Below are positions 63,382 to 64,000 of a stretch of DNA of 64,000 nt, piece by piece. The DNA is from Laetmonice hystrix (lineage: Eukaryota): NCBI GenBank assembly GCA_965235115.1, contig OZ249436.1, forward strand, positions 36,148,001 through 36,212,000. Direction: 5' to 3'. Positions within the stretch are counted from its first letter, which is position 1. Each line of letters opens with the position of its first letter. The notes beneath the pieces are model-generated. The model ran no database searches and was not told the DNA's origin. It worked only from the letters and a program-made list of their open reading frames with translations. Position numbers and translations under genes: made by a program.

Positions 63382-64000
63382 AAAGCCCCTCTTCAACCAA
63401 AGCGGAATTAGCTACGATGTGTCACGATCTGATAAATCGTGTAGAATCGGGAAAGGTTCTAACGCGGTCGTAGAGTCGTCTTGATAGATCCTCATAGGTC
63501 GGGATAGGCCACGATTGCACCCCGACAATTGTGAACTGTTCAAAACAATCGGTATTGGTCGGGAAAAAGCTCAAATCGGGGATATACCGTAGGTCAAACG
63601 TTCCTCAGTCGGGAATAGTCGGGGGACAATCGGGATAGTTCGTTGTTCAGTCCTGGTTGATCGTAAGACAATCGCCAGAAATTTTCCAAAGATCTAGCCC
63701 TGACGTCATCATGACAGGTCGTATCTCGGTTGGGGCTCAGAAGGCATAGAACGTTGCTACATCGTTGGTCAATCTTCGTATAGGTCGCCATACATCGGGC
63801 CGGGATCGTAATAAGACGTAGCTCAACCTGCATAGTCGGCATAGAACGTTGCTAAGTCGTTGCTCGGTAGGGAAGGTCGGGGCGATGTCGGAATAGAACA
63901 TGCTAGAATGCAGCGTGATCGTTGAAAGATCTTTGTGTACCCGTGAACGTGACAATTTGTAGGTCTTCGGATTGTCATGATCGAGAAGGAGCTAAAAATG
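63382..64000. mobile_element. Left part of another DNA element, cut by the window edge
   Basis: Starts AAAGCCCCTCTTCAACC; dense TCGT/TCGG/ACGAT motifs and an internal GGCATAGAACGTTGCTA duplication; no convincing ORF. Confidence 0.45.

Overview
Eukaryotic, intron-rich invertebrate DNA, probably a mollusc or other lophotrochozoan (inferred from the SINE, HINE and MITE repertoire). The left part holds two head-to-head paralogous divergent ionotropic-receptor (iGluR/IR-like) genes. Gene A (minus) starts at 6538 and runs off the left edge; gene B (plus, 8828-15655) is complete. Next come a decayed Ty3/Gypsy element with a nested insertion (16004-21232), two 7-bp-TSD micro-MITEs and a Deu/Nin-domain SINE. 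A complete PTPN13 orthologue follows (KIND, FERM, five PDZ, PTP; CDS 25640-49839). The right end is repeat-rich and carries a TATA/Inr promoter with a small, possibly secreted ORF. Most notable: (1) a near-identical 5.4 x 335-bp tandem array in PTPN13 intron 1, combining a tRNA-like Pol III promoter with a multi-stem RNA on the opposite strand (retrozyme-like, but no recognisable ribozyme); (2) a 24-copy minisatellite made of a functional 3' splice site; (3) strong, compartmentalised enrichment of the palindrome TAGGCCTA; (4) a candidate cassette exon duplicating the first strand of PDZ3. All exon models were built by hand from splice signals, phase and recognised homology, with no database searches.
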